Assembly: GCA_951406725.2 (NCBI GenBank)
Contig: OX597825.1
Span: 38,874,001 to 38,938,000 of the forward strand
Source of the DNA: Octopus vulgaris
Lineage: Eukaryota
DNA length: 64,000 nucleotides
Direction: 5' to 3'
The notes under the pieces were generated by a model. That model saw nothing but the letters and a program-made list of their open reading frames with translations. It did no database searches and was not told the origin of the DNA. How positions within the stretch are numbered: the first letter of the stretch is position 1; each line of letters starts with the position of its first letter. This document shows, in pieces, positions 26,483-39,640 of this stretch. The position numbers and the translations under genes were made by a program.

Positions 26483-27489
26483 AATAAATACAAATACATA
26501 CACTCACATAGACAGGCACATACATACATATATGAACACATATACATTTATAATATATAATATCTGTGTTTGTTTATATATCACAAATATTCTATAGAGT
26601 ATTAATATTTTGTCCTACCTTAATTAGAATGCTACATACATATTTTATGGTTTAATCACAGTAGAATGTGACAGTTGATAATTCGATCTGGGGAAGAATC
26701 TAAATAAAAAAATTGTATACTGCATATTTTATTTATTTTGTCTTTGAATATTTTTATATATTTCTCAACATATTGTACATAAATAGCCACAGTGCCAACT
26801 ATCTTCCAGAGGATTTGTATATTCAGTGATATTTTTTTGAGATTTTCATTAACATTATTAAGGTAATAAATCAAAGATAAATATAGATTCCTGTATGTAT
26901 AGCAGACGTGTAACATTTATAGAAATGAGTTTGAATAACATCAGCATGGTTTATAATGCATTAACATTTCGTTAGAAACCACGCTGAGAATTGTTGTCAA
27001 ATGAAAATTGAAGTAAGGTAAACGTGCATTACAATATTGCGTAGGCAAGGATATTGAGGGATCGAAGAATTCACCTGTCTGAGGTACGAACTGCAAATTT
27101 TGTGGTTAACATACGTTCTTTCCCCCATAAAAATGTGACGAAACCAAATGGAAAGCTACTGAGATATTTTATCTTCGAGATAAAAATAGCGATTTATAAT
27201 ACTTCTGGCGATGTCGTTGTTAAGTATCGGGGTTTCTGTAATGGTGTACATCTATTGGTAAATTGTATGAGATCTAAATGTATTAGCCTATTATCATACA
27301 TACTGAATCTAAGATTATATTTTTCATAGTGTTCTTCCTACTTGAAATGCGCAGGAAGCAATTTCTTTCACTAAACTGTATCATGGTTTATAAGTTTCTA
27401 ATATTATGAAATGATGAAATAAATAAGTTAAACTACTCATTAGCACTCATCAAATAACAGATTAGGCCATATATTTGTGATCTTGGTTA

Positions 27490-27860
27490 CTACTGGTTTC
27501 AAATTTAGGCACAAAAGATGATCAACAGGTACTTCTTTTATCGACCCCCGAGATGATGAAAAGCAAAGTTCGCTTCTGCGTAATGACGGATCATATACCC
27601 ATTTCTGTACTACCCACAAGGGGCTAAACATAGAGAGAACAAACAAGGAAAGACGAACGGATTAAGTCGACCCCAGTGTGGTACTTAATTTATCGACCTC
27701 GAAAGGATGAAAGGCAAAGTCGACCTCGGCGGAATTTGAACTCAGAACGTAACGGCAGACGAAATACGGCTACGCATTTCGCCCGGCGTGCTAATGTTTC
27801 TGCCAACTCGTCGGAACATATACCGTTAAGCAATTTTTCTGGCATGCTAGCAAATTTTCC
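27490..27860 (-). mobile_element. Older family-B SINE containing a nested younger family-B SINE
   Basis: Outer pieces at 27490-27586 and 27825-27860; inner copy at 27600-27811. Confidence 0.75.
27600..27811 (-). mobile_element. Younger family-B SINE with a 13-bp TSD
   Basis: Well-preserved core gaaaggatgaaaggcaaagtcgacctcggcggaatttgaactcag; flanks cggatcatatacc (27587-27599) and cggaacatatacc (27812-27824). Confidence 0.85.
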
Positions 27861-28364
27861 AGCTTGTCGCCTTAGCTTTGGCTAATATTTTATATTACAA
27901 TACATGATACCATTCGCCATCCAAGGACTATTAAAAGTACTCTAGATATTCTACTTTACCGTGACCCACTAGCTGCTCCCCCACTATTTTCGATTTAGAG
28001 CTTCATTCCTAGACAGGTACCACCCAAAAATATTGTCGCAATTACCCATCTTCTCACAAATTCACTGGGAATGAGAACTTTGCATTCCCATCTAAAACAA
28101 AGTTACGATGACGGATAATCCTGTGTCCTCCCGACCTCGCTAAACAATAATGCTTATCTCATCAAAGACATCGTGTGGGAAAATGCCTCCTCAGTTTTGT
28201 AAGAGAAATGATGAAGTCAATGAGGAAGTCAATGACGTGGCCTATTGTCTATAAGCTCTCGTGGAAGAACTTGCCAGGTTGTTCACATCGCCAACAAGAT
28301 TATCTCAGAAAAATACGTCGAACTCTGTTGAATGGGTGATAGTGTATTGTGAAAGCTAGATGGT

Positions 28365-28384
28365 ATCTGCTGTTGCTGCTGCTG

Positions 28385-28452
<68 letters not shown>

Positions 28453-28453
28453 G

Positions 28454-28484
<31 letters not shown>

Positions 28485-28604
28485 ATCTGGTAATGATGAT
28501 GTTGATCATCATCATCATCATCGTCGTCGTCATCGCCGTCGTCGTCACCACCCCACCCCCACCACCAAAACCATCATCATCATCATGATCATAATCATCA
28601 TCAA

Positions 28605-28636
<32 letters not shown>

Positions 28637-28658
28637 ACAACAACAACAACAACAACAA
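28365..28658. repeat. Compound trinucleotide microsatellite (CTG)/(CTA)/(ATC)/(GTC)/(AAC)
   Basis: Direct reading. Confidence 0.95.
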
Positions 28659-28669
28659 AGTGGTCGAAA

Positions 28670-29860
28670 TCCCCAAATGGATGACAACAGGTGAAACGGT
28701 TTTCTGCTTTAAATTTAAAGCAATGGATAATTACCGGCTAATCTCTCGCCTCCCCTTGACGCGGATGTTGATGACAGATTTATCTAAATATATATATGAT
28801 AACCTGCACTTGAATGACAAGCTGCAAATGTAGCAGACGGGATGCAAGAGTAAAAAAAAAAACGAGACAAATGATGAACCTTTGATAGACAGAATGACCC
28901 TGGGTATGGCGTGAATCGATTGTAGGAAATCATATGCCATGGTCCCCTGTTTCTTGATTTTAGGAATTCTTGTGTTTGTAGAGGTTTCTGGTAACAGTTT
29001 GCATTTTGTCGGAAATGAGTGAAGAACTGAAATACAGAACGAACACATTGTGGTGAGATCAACATCAGGTGAAACATATCGGGGAAATATTACGGAAAGT
29101 GACATCATGAAAAAAGACGAAAAGCGAATTACCTGATATATGTGGATAACTTAAAGACCTTCCATAAGAGCGAACGTGAAATGAATGGGCTGGTTTCAAC
29201 AGTGCAGATATTCAATAAGGACATCGGGATGGAATTTTGGACTAAAAAGTATGGTATGTTTCTCATAAAAAAGGCACAGTGGAGTCATCTCATGGTATAG
29301 ATCTACCCAACTGTGAAGGAATCAATAGATAAAAGAAAACTTTATGCGAGAATAACATTGAAGATAACATTGAAGATCTAAATTAATTAAGGAAAGCAGA
29401 CTCAATAGAAGAGCAATATCAGGGCAAAGAATAAACCGAGTGTTTCCTTAATGCGATACGGCACAGGCGTTGCTAGTCGGACAGAGAATGTGATGGACTG
29501 GATAGAAAAACCATGAAGATGATGATAATGAACAAGGAGCAAAGCCGTAAAAGCGATATCAATAGACCATTTGTGCCTAGATACGAGGAAGGAAAAGGTC
29601 TCTTAGGGGGCAAAGTTTCTGTTTTTAATAAGATAAGCAGTCTGGGATGGTAGTCAAAACTTTTCTGCTGTTAGATATAGCAACACGATACCTAGGGCAT
29701 TAACAACCAGGTTTGAGATATTTGTTGAAGAAATTAGGACTGGCTTGAGGGTAAAACAAGCTCAGAAAATTGCTCCACTGGGTAGAGCTGGATTTTGAGA
29801 TTGATATTTTTAGGGATTAAGTGTCGGGAATGTGACCCTCTGTGACTTCTGTGACAAGAG
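28670..29860 (+). mobile_element. Decayed, internally deleted R4/Dong-type LINE
   Basis: PKWMTTGET, NYRLISRLPL, GMA*IDCRKSYAMVP (~28903-28947), YVDNLK (~29139), IFNKDIGME (~29208) and a QKIA.LG terminal motif (~29763). Confidence 0.8.
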
Positions 29861-32800
29861 ATTGATATCCGCTGTTAAAGAATTAATCAGAGCATGGGAA
29901 ATAAGAAATTATGAGAAGCGAAATTGAAAACAACAAAAAGCAAAAACAAAAGCAAAAAATCAAACAAAGCGGTAAACATAGCAGCTTTGACAGGAGCAAC
30001 AGCAATAACTGTGATTTAGGTACAAAGCAAGCTATTTTGAGCAAGAAATTGAAAGCGGTAGACTTTCGAAAAGTTATTTGCAAATTCCCGCACAAATTAC
30101 CGAATATTGAAGAATATTTGAACAAGATGGTGTATAGATCATCGATCAGTGTCATCTTAGCCGCTACGATAATTCAGTGGCTTTCTTACAGAAATGTTCT
30201 CTCACTTTCTTCCATTTGTTTTTGCATTGCACATGTACACCATTCTCAATGACGACTAACCAACTATTTGTATAATTGCAAAATACATACATTTTTATAG
30301 CCATACAAATATATTCCACATAATTAACTGCCTTCCATTTATAGTAGCTATGCTCAAATATTACGTAACAGTATTATGTAAAGCGTAATTTCTATCCTAC
30401 GCACTGAAAATGTTTACATAACAAATAAAGTACAAGCCAGAAAATATTTGTCGATTTCACTTGAACGTGTTAAATATAATAATTATTTGGAAAGCCCTAA
30501 AATTTAATGTTGGCATATTTAAGAATGTCGCCTCATACGACCCATTCTTACCTCTTACATTTTACATAAATTGATAACCACGACAGCACCAGAATAAATT
30601 CTTATATCTGTACCTACTCGAGGAACAACCTTCAAATCATAGGCTCAAATGGAAATAGTAATCTTATCACACGAGAACCTTTTCCGAACAATAACGAACA
30701 GTGACAGAATACTGCTGTTCCCGCGGTTTAACGTAGAAACTAAATCGTAGTCACGGTATCATAAAACATCGAGTGCAGTAATACTATAGCAGAAGTAAAA
30801 GCGATTTTTGTTATAGTCTATGAATGTATCTTGTTCTGAAGTGTACACGGATGCAAATCAAAATCCACGTGACTTCTACATTAAGTGTAGAAATATAGTA
30901 CATAGCAATATAGCCTTCTGCGGAAAATATCCTTCACATTAGATAGAAGCACAAATCGATTCGTTGTAAAGCACATACAATCACAAATGTTCGTCTGATG
31001 ATAAAAGAAATTACATTCTTGCAGTTCATACTCTGTGATACGGCTGCATAATTAAAGTATGTCCGAACTTCACCTTCAGTTTCTCCCTTTCGTACATGTC
31101 AACAAGAATTAGCTACAGATAAGCTATTATATCTCTCTACCTTGACACACTTCTTCAGTTTTGAACCGATAGGAATCGGCCATGGCTTCATGAGATCAGG
31201 AATTTCTTCAAACTATTTCCCAATATTTAGTCTACTTCAAGATAACCAAGGACAGAAAAAAGATTAAGTGTTTCTACCTTTGATATTTGACATCCTCTGT
31301 TGACTTGTTTGAACCTTAATGCCACTTTATTTCCATATAGTCAACATGTGAAGAAAACAGATCTTTGCTTATTCAGGACTAAAATCAGACATTCGTGTGG
31401 GGGCAAAAAATAAATTAGCAGGATATTCGTTGTCTATAAATCTGTCAATGTCACTGCTCTTACACATACATCATCATCATTGCACACAGGATTTCAATAC
31501 TTTTCTTCTTTCCAATGAGGATATGGCAGCGGACGGACATACTGAATTGTTGAAGTTTTGCAATCACAAGAAACGTAAAACCGTACACTCCATTTTAGTG
31601 AGAAATTTCCTACTACAAAACATGGTTGTCACATGGCAGTACAGCATCAATGTTATGCAGACGATAATCCTTTCCACTATGCACTACAAAGATACCTTCC
31701 TCTCAGCGCATATCAATGTAAATCCAGCCAAGACTCTCACAATACATTACATGTTTTATCCTCTAGAACGCCTCAGACTGCGACATAGCCCATTAGTCTA
31801 TTAAGTACTAGAAACTGCTGAGACGTTTGCACTTGCCTTTCCACCTACAAATATGAATCTACGACAATATACTGCACTTTGTTTTCAATTCTGCACTAGA
31901 CGTGACTATGATTTTCTCACATACGCTGAATAAATATATAAATAAATCAAGAAATAAGTATTATAACAATAGCATAATTATTAATAAATCATTAGGTCAA
32001 TAATTATTATAAATGATTCTTTACCTCGGTCCTGAAATAAAATTCCAAAGTCTAGTCTATACTACGTCTCGTAGCTTCAAATTACGAACATCAGTTACTT
32101 TATAAATGAGAAAAGCAATAAGTTACCGCTGAGGAAGAAGCAGAAAATTTCGTGAATACATTCTTATAAACAAAATAGAAGAACTGGCACGTCACGTAGA
32201 AAAATATGTATTTTTATAGACTGCATAACTTAATATTTACCACTAATAAATACTGAGATTTCATACGAACTTCAAACAGTCGGAACAAAGATATAAGTTG
32301 TTTCAATAAAACGTAGCCGTCACCTGAATAAAATAAGGAATACAGGATGTTATTCTGAGTTATGGAAAAAATGTGGATATCGATGAGATTCTAAAAAATC
32401 CAAATATATACCAGTATTTTACATTTAGATTCATTCAGAGGAGGACACTCACTAGGTTTTTATGATAACATCGCTAGTGCAAAAGCATTAAAAAGTCCCA
32501 TATTAAAACTTCAACATATTTGGAGATGGACACAAGCAGGCAACATTTACTCATTAGATTTGTAAGTGTTACGTTCATTTAATATGTAATTGATATTTCA
32601 TTCCCTTTCGTTCACCCAACCTTTGTGTTTGCATGCGTATGTATATATTTGTCCGTGTGGCTATTGCGTATATATATATGCATACGTATTAAGTAATTTG
32701 TTTTTAGAGGCAAACTGCGTTCCAGTCACACATAACAAAACGCACAGAGCCGCTTCCCACTCCACATCTACCAGAGATGAATATGTATTTCTGAACCTGC

Positions 32801-33012
32801 TATTGAACAGAGATATTTGCATAAGCGATCGATATGATATTTCCTATCTTCGAAATATGAAACGGTCTCCATCTATATTAAGTGAGAGAAGGGGGAAATG
32901 CATAGATGAGGGAGACGGTTGTAGATGTTATAGAAATCCGAAATAAAAACATCTGAACTTATCTTAATTTTGACACGCTATTTTCTTTTGTTAATTCTCT
33001 GAGGTGCTCTTC

Positions 33013-33985
33013 TTAGTTAGTTAGTTAGTTAATTAATTTGGCTCAAAAGCAAATAGCAAGGCCATATAGGGGGACATGGATTTAAGTACAGGGTGGTGTT
33101 CATGTAAAGAGTTCAGGCCACTTGAGGTCAAGGGAGGCTTTGAACAAAGTGGTCGTCGGCATCTTCACCATCTCGTCTGGCAGCTTGTTCCACGGATCCG
33201 CAACCCGGACGGAGAAAGCTCCTCTCCTTCGATTGAGATGAAATCGTCGCAGGTAGAGCTTTTCGGAATGACCCCGCAGCCGACGCTCTGGAGCAGGAGT
33301 GAAGAACAGCTCTTTCGAGAGGTTACACTTTCCGCTTATGATGCTGTGGGCGAGAATGAGATCACCACGGCGGCGGCGTTTTTCAAGAGAATAAAGGTCG
33401 AGCGTCCTCAGCCTTTCTACATAGGACAAATTTTTGAGACCATGAACCATGCGAGTAGCCAGCTTCTGGACTCTTTCGAGATGCTGTATGTCTTTGAGGA
33501 GATAAGGAGAAGAGGCTTGAATCCCGTACTCCAATATGGGTCTCACCAGCGTGACATAGAGTGGTAGGAATATGGCTGCTGTGAGCATTCCGAATGACCG
33601 TCGAATCAAGAACAGAATTCCGCGTGCTTTGTTGGCAGCATGGACGCACTGGGCCGAAGGCGAAAAGGAGGAATCCACCAAGATACCCAGGTCCTTTACC
33701 TGATCAGTCCTCTCCAGCAGCAGACGACCCGGCTCGAAATCAAGTTGAGTTGCAGGAGGAGAGCCAACAGGCAGATGACAGCACTTTGACACGTTCAGAC
33801 ACAGGTCCCATTCGTTAGACCACTTCCAAATTTGGTGGAGGCATCGACGAAGATCCTCTATATCACCGCGAGGAGCGACCAGTTTGATATCGTCGGCAAA
33901 TAGAAGGGTGTGTTGCGTGAGGTCGTCGGGCAAGTCATTTATGAAGACTAAGAACAATAAGGGCCCAAGCACTGAACCTTGGTGA
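33013..33985 (-). mobile_element. Young 5'-truncated CR1-clade LINE
   Basis: Uninterrupted RT C-terminal frame; (CTAA)n microsatellite tail at 33013-33030; GC content well above the flanks. Confidence 0.92.
33100..33972 (-). CDS. Reverse transcriptase, C-terminal 290 aa of CR1 ORF2 (5'-truncated, no true start)
   Basis: LGPLLFLVFINDLP...LFADDIKL...KDLGILVD...YVTLVRPILEYG...LERVQKLATR...RRRRGDLI...FSVRVADPWNKLP. Confidence 0.85.
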   Translation of the reverse strand: MLGPLLFLVFINDLPDDLTQHTLLFADDIKLVAPRGDIEDLRRCLHQIWKWSNEWDLCLNVSKCCHLPVGSPPATQLDFEPGRLLLERTDQVKDLGILVDSSFSPSAQCVHAANKARGILFLIRRSFGMLTAAIFLPLYVTLVRPILEYGIQASSPYLLKDIQHLERVQKLATRMVHGLKNLSYVERLRTLDLYSLEKRRRRGDLILAHSIISGKCNLSKELFFTPAPERRLRGHSEKLYLRRFHLNRRRGAFSVRVADPWNKLPDEMVKMPTTTLFKASLDLKWPELFT

Positions 33986-35207
33986 AAAGGGAAGGTTATT
34001 TCTCTCTGAACATTTCGTAACTAGCTACGAGTAAGGCCTTCGATCGATATTGTAAACAAAGTTTATGACTGCAGGCCACACGTGGCTCACACATGTGGCA
34101 TACATCTGACCTGAAAGCTGAATTTCAGTAAATCACAACGTTATCTTCCATCTACAGATCTAATGTAACCTAAATCAACGCCAAAATAGTGACTTCACTG
34201 CATACGAATAAAGTTAAATTATGGTACATTCTAAAATCAAGCAAGCTACCACCTATCACAATGCGAATAAATAGCATTTAGCACTTTGGAAATCAGGGGA
34301 TTTGGCATCGGATAAGAAGGGTTCAAGTTCCTAGGAAGGAAACGCAATAAACCCGTTACCAAGAAACGAAACTTCATGCAACGAAACTAAAGCCAAGATA
34401 GACATATAGTCCAGTGAAATTTTAGTTCATATGAATTGATCTGCTTTTGCCAATTTGTAATTATGTGATGAACAATAGGGTCAGTGAGGCTACAATTGAA
34501 ACCAGAACATTGGAATATATTACCCAATAAACCTAAAGCATATTGTCATTTGCTGTACCATTTTGGTTGGTCATTATCCTTCTCATTTCAACATTTGATA
34601 GCTTTCGAAAACTGAAACAACTGATAAATCATGAACATTGGAATATCGCATTAATGTCAGCATTTAGGATTTGTGTTGACAATAATCTCATGGGGTTAAA
34701 CAAAAACTACTTCATGGCATTGCTACAGATAGGGACAGCCTGAGAAATCTATATATGTTTCGAAATATGTTCTTCCTATAATTAAAGCAAAAAAGAAATA
34801 TTCTCTAAAAAGAAACACTAAAGTTGATACATACTATGAATCGAAATGGAATTTATATGTTAAATTTAGAGCAAACGAAATAGTCAGCAAAACAGTCAAT
34901 ATGCTGTCAAACATCTCAATCAGATACTTATATACATATATTGATTTTGCTTCGTTTGGTGTGTTTGTAAGTTTCAATTTTCAAATAAGATCTTAAGCGG
35001 ATAACACGAAGTATTTCAATGACAACAAACATAATGCTAATAATTCCACACATCAGGCACCTACAGCACTTTATATAGATGTAGATATGTGCACTACTGT
35101 GTGAGTCTATGTGTGAATGGATTTAGTCATCTCTACACACATACATAAATGCATTTAAATATGCATATATATATGTAGAAATACATACATAAACAGATGT
35201 ACAGTTA

Positions 35208-35940
35208 TACGAGGTGGGATCAAGAATTATCCGACTTTATATTTTCCCGTAAAAACAAATTCTGCGTTGGTAAAACAATTTGGGATGAAAGTGACACCGG
35301 TTTTCTGGCGCATACGTGAACATTTCCATGCCCGTCACCTGTGTCAGTTTCCCGCTATTACGCCTAAAATACAGACGTGTAATACTCGCTCCACGGGTTT
35401 TCGTTTTCGCCGAACGCATCGAGCTGAGATATTGCATCAGATTCTGCTAAAAGATTGGTGATACAGCTCAAACCATCCAGAAGATTCAGCAAGCCTTTTG
35501 CAATGATGTAATTGACAAAACTCCGATCACGTAGTGGTATAACCGATTTAAGCATGGGCGTATCTCAGTGGAGAGCGAGGCACACTCAGGCTGGCTATTC
35601 ACAAACTGAAACGAGCATCCAGTTCAGAAGGTTCGGCGAATAGTCCTGGAAGATCGTTGTTAAACAATCCAGGAAATCACTTACGAAGTGTGAATAAGCA
35701 CAGGATGAGTGCATTTCATTGTAACAAAGGGTCTTTGCCTGAAGCGAGCGTCGACAAAATTGGTCCACGAAGTGCTGGCGAAGCAGCTGCTACAATTCCG
35801 CATGGAAATAGTACAGGTAAAGCCGGCCTGAGCTAACCGCTCTTGATGATATATGGGTTCATGGTCTCTACTCGATGCGTTCGCTTATGTTGCATGAAAG
35901 TAAAACAATTCGACGAATGTGCACTACGCGTCTGTACCCT
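35208..35940 (+). mobile_element. Internally deleted mariner
   Basis: TIR-like start tacgaggtgggatcaagaa; N-terminal HTH remnant LRYCIRFC.KIG..TIQKIQQAF (35423-35500); KRASTKLV (~35740, WVPR-like). Confidence 0.65.
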
Positions 35941-35981
35941 AGATGTGTGTATAAAAGATAGATAGATTGATAAATAGATAT

Positions 35982-36118
35982 GTAGGTAGGTAGGTAGGTA
36001 GGTAGGTAGGTAGGTAGGTAGGTATGTTTGTAGGTAGGTAGGTAGGTAAGTAGGTAAGTAGGTAGGTAAGTAGGTAGGTAGTTATGTAGGTAGATTAGGT
36101 AGGTAGATTAGGTAGGTA
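35982..36118. repeat. (GTAG)n microsatellite
   Basis: Direct reading. Confidence 0.95.
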
Positions 36119-37590
36119 CGTAGAGTGTTATCACTATATTAAGTAACGAGACTTTAACTATACAACGCTATATAACATTCTACTACTGAAAGAACGTACG
36201 TGCATTTTTAGCAAATATTGTTACCGGAAGCGTAGCGAAGGATAAGACTCAGTATTTCTCTAATTTCTCTGATTTCTCTGGTCATAACAGCCGGGAACGG
36301 ACGCGGCTTAACGACGAAAAAGTATTTGCGCGTACACAGGAAGAGAGGATTTTTCTCTGGTAACATTAGTTTTGAGGGGAAAAAAAGCAAATATTAGAAA
36401 CATGAGGTTAATCCCGACGACGAAAATATTGATTAAATGACAGCGATTACAATAACACTATGCACGGCTATGCGTGAACAACTTGAAAGTATATTATTAG
36501 GAAGAACATTTCAATAAAAGCAAACTGAAAATTTAAATATTAATTTTCCCTGTTGAAATATGTCAACCGATTAATAAATACCATTAAGTATTATTAGACT
36601 GAAATAGATATGTTTTAAAACACATATTTGGTTGCTTACACTCACTAATTATGTCCACGCACAAGTTATTCATAATAGTAAGCAAGACCTGTGGCTTAAT
36701 GAAATTATGTGTCGTTGTGTAGCTAGGTGACGTAGTGGCATTTGTGATGCGAGGAAGGAAGGTTATTTATCTCACCTTAACTATTGGTAGAAAGAGGTGC
36801 TCAAGTTACGTGTTACATTTTTAGATTTTACTCGTATAATATTCCCTTATCAATCTATAAAAGAACATTAAGCAACAGATGGGTCTTCTACCTGCTTTGG
36901 GTTACTAAAATCACTATATAAGCCAAATAGAACTCTCACTTAACACTGTCCTTGGCCTGGAGAAGGCATATACATCAGGGTGAATGAATTATTGAATACT
37001 TAATACCTGAAAGACACGAATTTACTCAATTTGAAAGCCTGTCATACAAGGTTGCGCAGCTAAATTTTGGGGGGCAGAGAAGCAACAATAACGAAAACAA
37101 TAGCAAACATAAGAAGACCAGTGTATATATTTAGCATTTACATGTTTGTGAGCGCACTCGTAGGAATATGTGTATATGCGTGCGTGTCTGAACGCGTGGG
37201 AATGCAAGTCATGCCAGGAAATTGAATGAGAATTCATAATTGAAACGTCCTAACTTTTCGTCCGCTTGAGATTTTATTAGTCGCGAAACAATATCGTTCA
37301 GATTAGGAGAGTGAAGCAATTTCGTATTAAAGCTATATTTAATATATCACAAATATTTTAATATTATGAATTTTCCATATAAGGAATTGATGCTCTTGAG
37401 TGGTGAGAGATTAACATTGTAGTAGTATTTCGCTCTATCACATTAATTTTTATAAATGTTAATTGATAATATCATATTTTCGATACATATGATTAGTTTC
37501 ACAGATGTGTAACAGATGTGCTCTTAGTCATCAAGTACATTATTTCGTAACTAGCGGGACCAGCAAATGCTTCACACAATTAATTGTAAA

Positions 37591-37728
37591 CTTGTTGTGC
37601 TATTTCTAAAAGCTTTATCCTAAAAGCATGAAGCGTAGCCTGTATGAAATGATAGTCGCTTGTTGTGCTATTTCTAAAAGCTTTATCCTAAAAGCCTGAA
37701 GCGCAGTCTGTATGAAATGATAGTCGCT
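37591..37728 (+). repeat. 68-bp tandem duplication at the 3' end of the adjacent LINE
   Basis: cttgttgtgctatttctaaaagctttatcc...gatagtcg at 37591 and 37659. Confidence 0.9.
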
Positions 37729-37749
37729 CATCATTAAAGAGTAAAGGAA

Positions 37750-39640
37750 ATTGGAATATTATGATTAATGAATGCAATTTATGCTGGATCACCACCGTGG
37801 TTTTGTTGATTTTCTCAATCTGGTGTTTCACATCACCATTCCTGTATGTAATTTTATCCCGGCTATTGGCCCATTTGGTGTATAAGGGAGTTTCGTTCCG
37901 TTGCCCTCGTCTGCCCATTATGTTGGGCTGTTGGTTCATCCGGTTTGTGGAGAGGAAGATTTGAAGACATCAACTTCCACGTTATGCAGATTTCTTAATT
38001 TTTGTGGCAGAGTATTGAAGAGTGTTGGGCCTTTGAACTCTAGGTTATTGCAGTATCTGGTTCTGAATTTAGACAGAGTGGAAGGTACTTTTGGTACAAT
38101 GCTATAGCGTCCACCTCTGGCATTTGCATAATACGCAATGCCCAAATTAGGTACTAGTCCTTCTAGAGGTTCCCATATGAAGCTTGTTGCATATTTGTTG
38201 CGCCTTCGTACCAGGGGGTAAAGTCACTCTCTGTTTCAATGTTTTTAGTGTAGTGGTGTTGGAATCCTTCAAGCTCCGTTGTTAGTTTGGCGCTATGTGG
38301 TGACCACAGCTGAAAGCAGTACTCCAGGCGATTGAAAATAAAGGTCCTTCACAGGTTCAACATAAACATTGGTTTCTTGTCTTGACGAATTTTAGTATCT
38401 ATCTTGCCAGCTGTCTGCACTTTACTGCCAACTTGTTAATGTGCGCATGAAATGATGCATCATTTCATATACTGATCCTCAAGTCTTTCCCTGTCTGTGA
38501 CTATGGAACTGCAGCGCATTCGGGTTCAGTATATGCAGGCTGGGTACCTTCGTGAGTTGATTGTGCCTTCGTGAGTTGAAATTTTCAAGCATTAAAATGC
38601 ATGTTTAATTCAGCCCACTTGTATACTGCATTTAGTTCCCTCTGGAAGCTTGCGACATCATCTTGAATTTTTACTGGCTGTGATAATTTTACATCATTGG
38701 CGTGGATAGTGACAGTAGCTGGTCGAGTGACCATGAGCATGTCTGAGAGGGATATTATGAACAATAATGGTCCTAGAACAGTTCCCTGGGGACGTTACTG
38801 TGGTTTGAATTTCCTCAGAAAAGGCATCATTTGTTGCAACTGACTGACTTCTCTTTTTAAGGAAGTCATGCAGCAACTCTCCCCGTTTACCAGCAATGCC
38901 AAGATCTCTCAGCTTATGACATATCATGCCATGATCTACCTTATCAAATGTCTTTGTAAAGTCAAGGTATGTCACACTGTTTCATAACCCAGTCATTGAT
39001 CTGTAAGAGATATATGAGGTAGATTCTTCCTGAACGAAGGCCATACTGTGTATTGTTCTGTAGACCATTTTCTTCTAGGTACATTATCAGTTTTCTTCTG
39101 ATAATTTGTTCAATGATTTTACTGATATGTGAAGTCAGAGCGATTATCCTGTAGTTTTTGGCTTCTACTTTGCTACCACCTTTGTGCATATAATGCCTAC
39201 TTAAGGCTTTTTATGAAGTTTAATTCTTGCAAGGGAACTCTTGGAAAACTATGCGAAGTAGTTTCGCTAAAGCCTGCTCATATGACTTTAGGAGAATAGC
39301 TGAGGAGCCATCAGGACCAGTTGATGGGCACATTTAATTTGTAGCTACTGTTACAACTGTCTCCTCAAAGTTGATGTCCTCGAATTGTCGTTGCCTTCCT
39401 TTCTAGGGTTGCATTATTAAAGAATTCAACCGGGTTTGTTTATCTCCATGTGTGGCAGAGAGGAGGTGAAGAGAGTTTTAAATTCTTGAATGAGTATCTG
39501 ACTTACTTTTCTAGGGCCCGCCAGTAGTGAGTAATTCCTTTGGAACAATGATACATTTATATTTTGTATTGCGGCTGTTTCCTTTGCAAATTTATACAAA
39601 GCTTTAGGATTTTTTCCTTCTACAGTCCAGTTTTTCACCC
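37750..39640 (-). mobile_element. Decayed CR1-group LINE (RT and 3' end)
   Basis: KGGSKVEAKNYRIIALTSHISKIIEQI (ORF 38962-39189), YLDFTKTFDKVDHG (38694-38975), GPTLFNTLPQKLRN (37936-38145); many frameshifts. Confidence 0.85.

Noticed and set aside
26656-26916. Possible host exon(s) with acceptor-like sites on the minus strand
   Set aside because: No recognisable protein similarity or consistent donor/acceptor pair
28300-28833. Poly-S, poly-L and poly-T/H ORFs
   Set aside because: Trinucleotide microsatellite open in several frames; the distal part is R4 RT sequence
30600-31900. Possible decayed DNA transposon, and ORF 31397-31804
   Set aside because: No motif could be identified with confidence
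32025-32031. 7-nt minus-strand microexon candidate (tttcag|GACCGAG|gtaaag)
   Set aside because: Such splice-like strings arise by chance in 64 kb of AT-rich DNA; no supporting exon chain; would need RNA-seq
33076-33818. Plus-strand ORFs of 163 aa and 74 aa
   Set aside because: Antisense shadows of the CR1 RT frame
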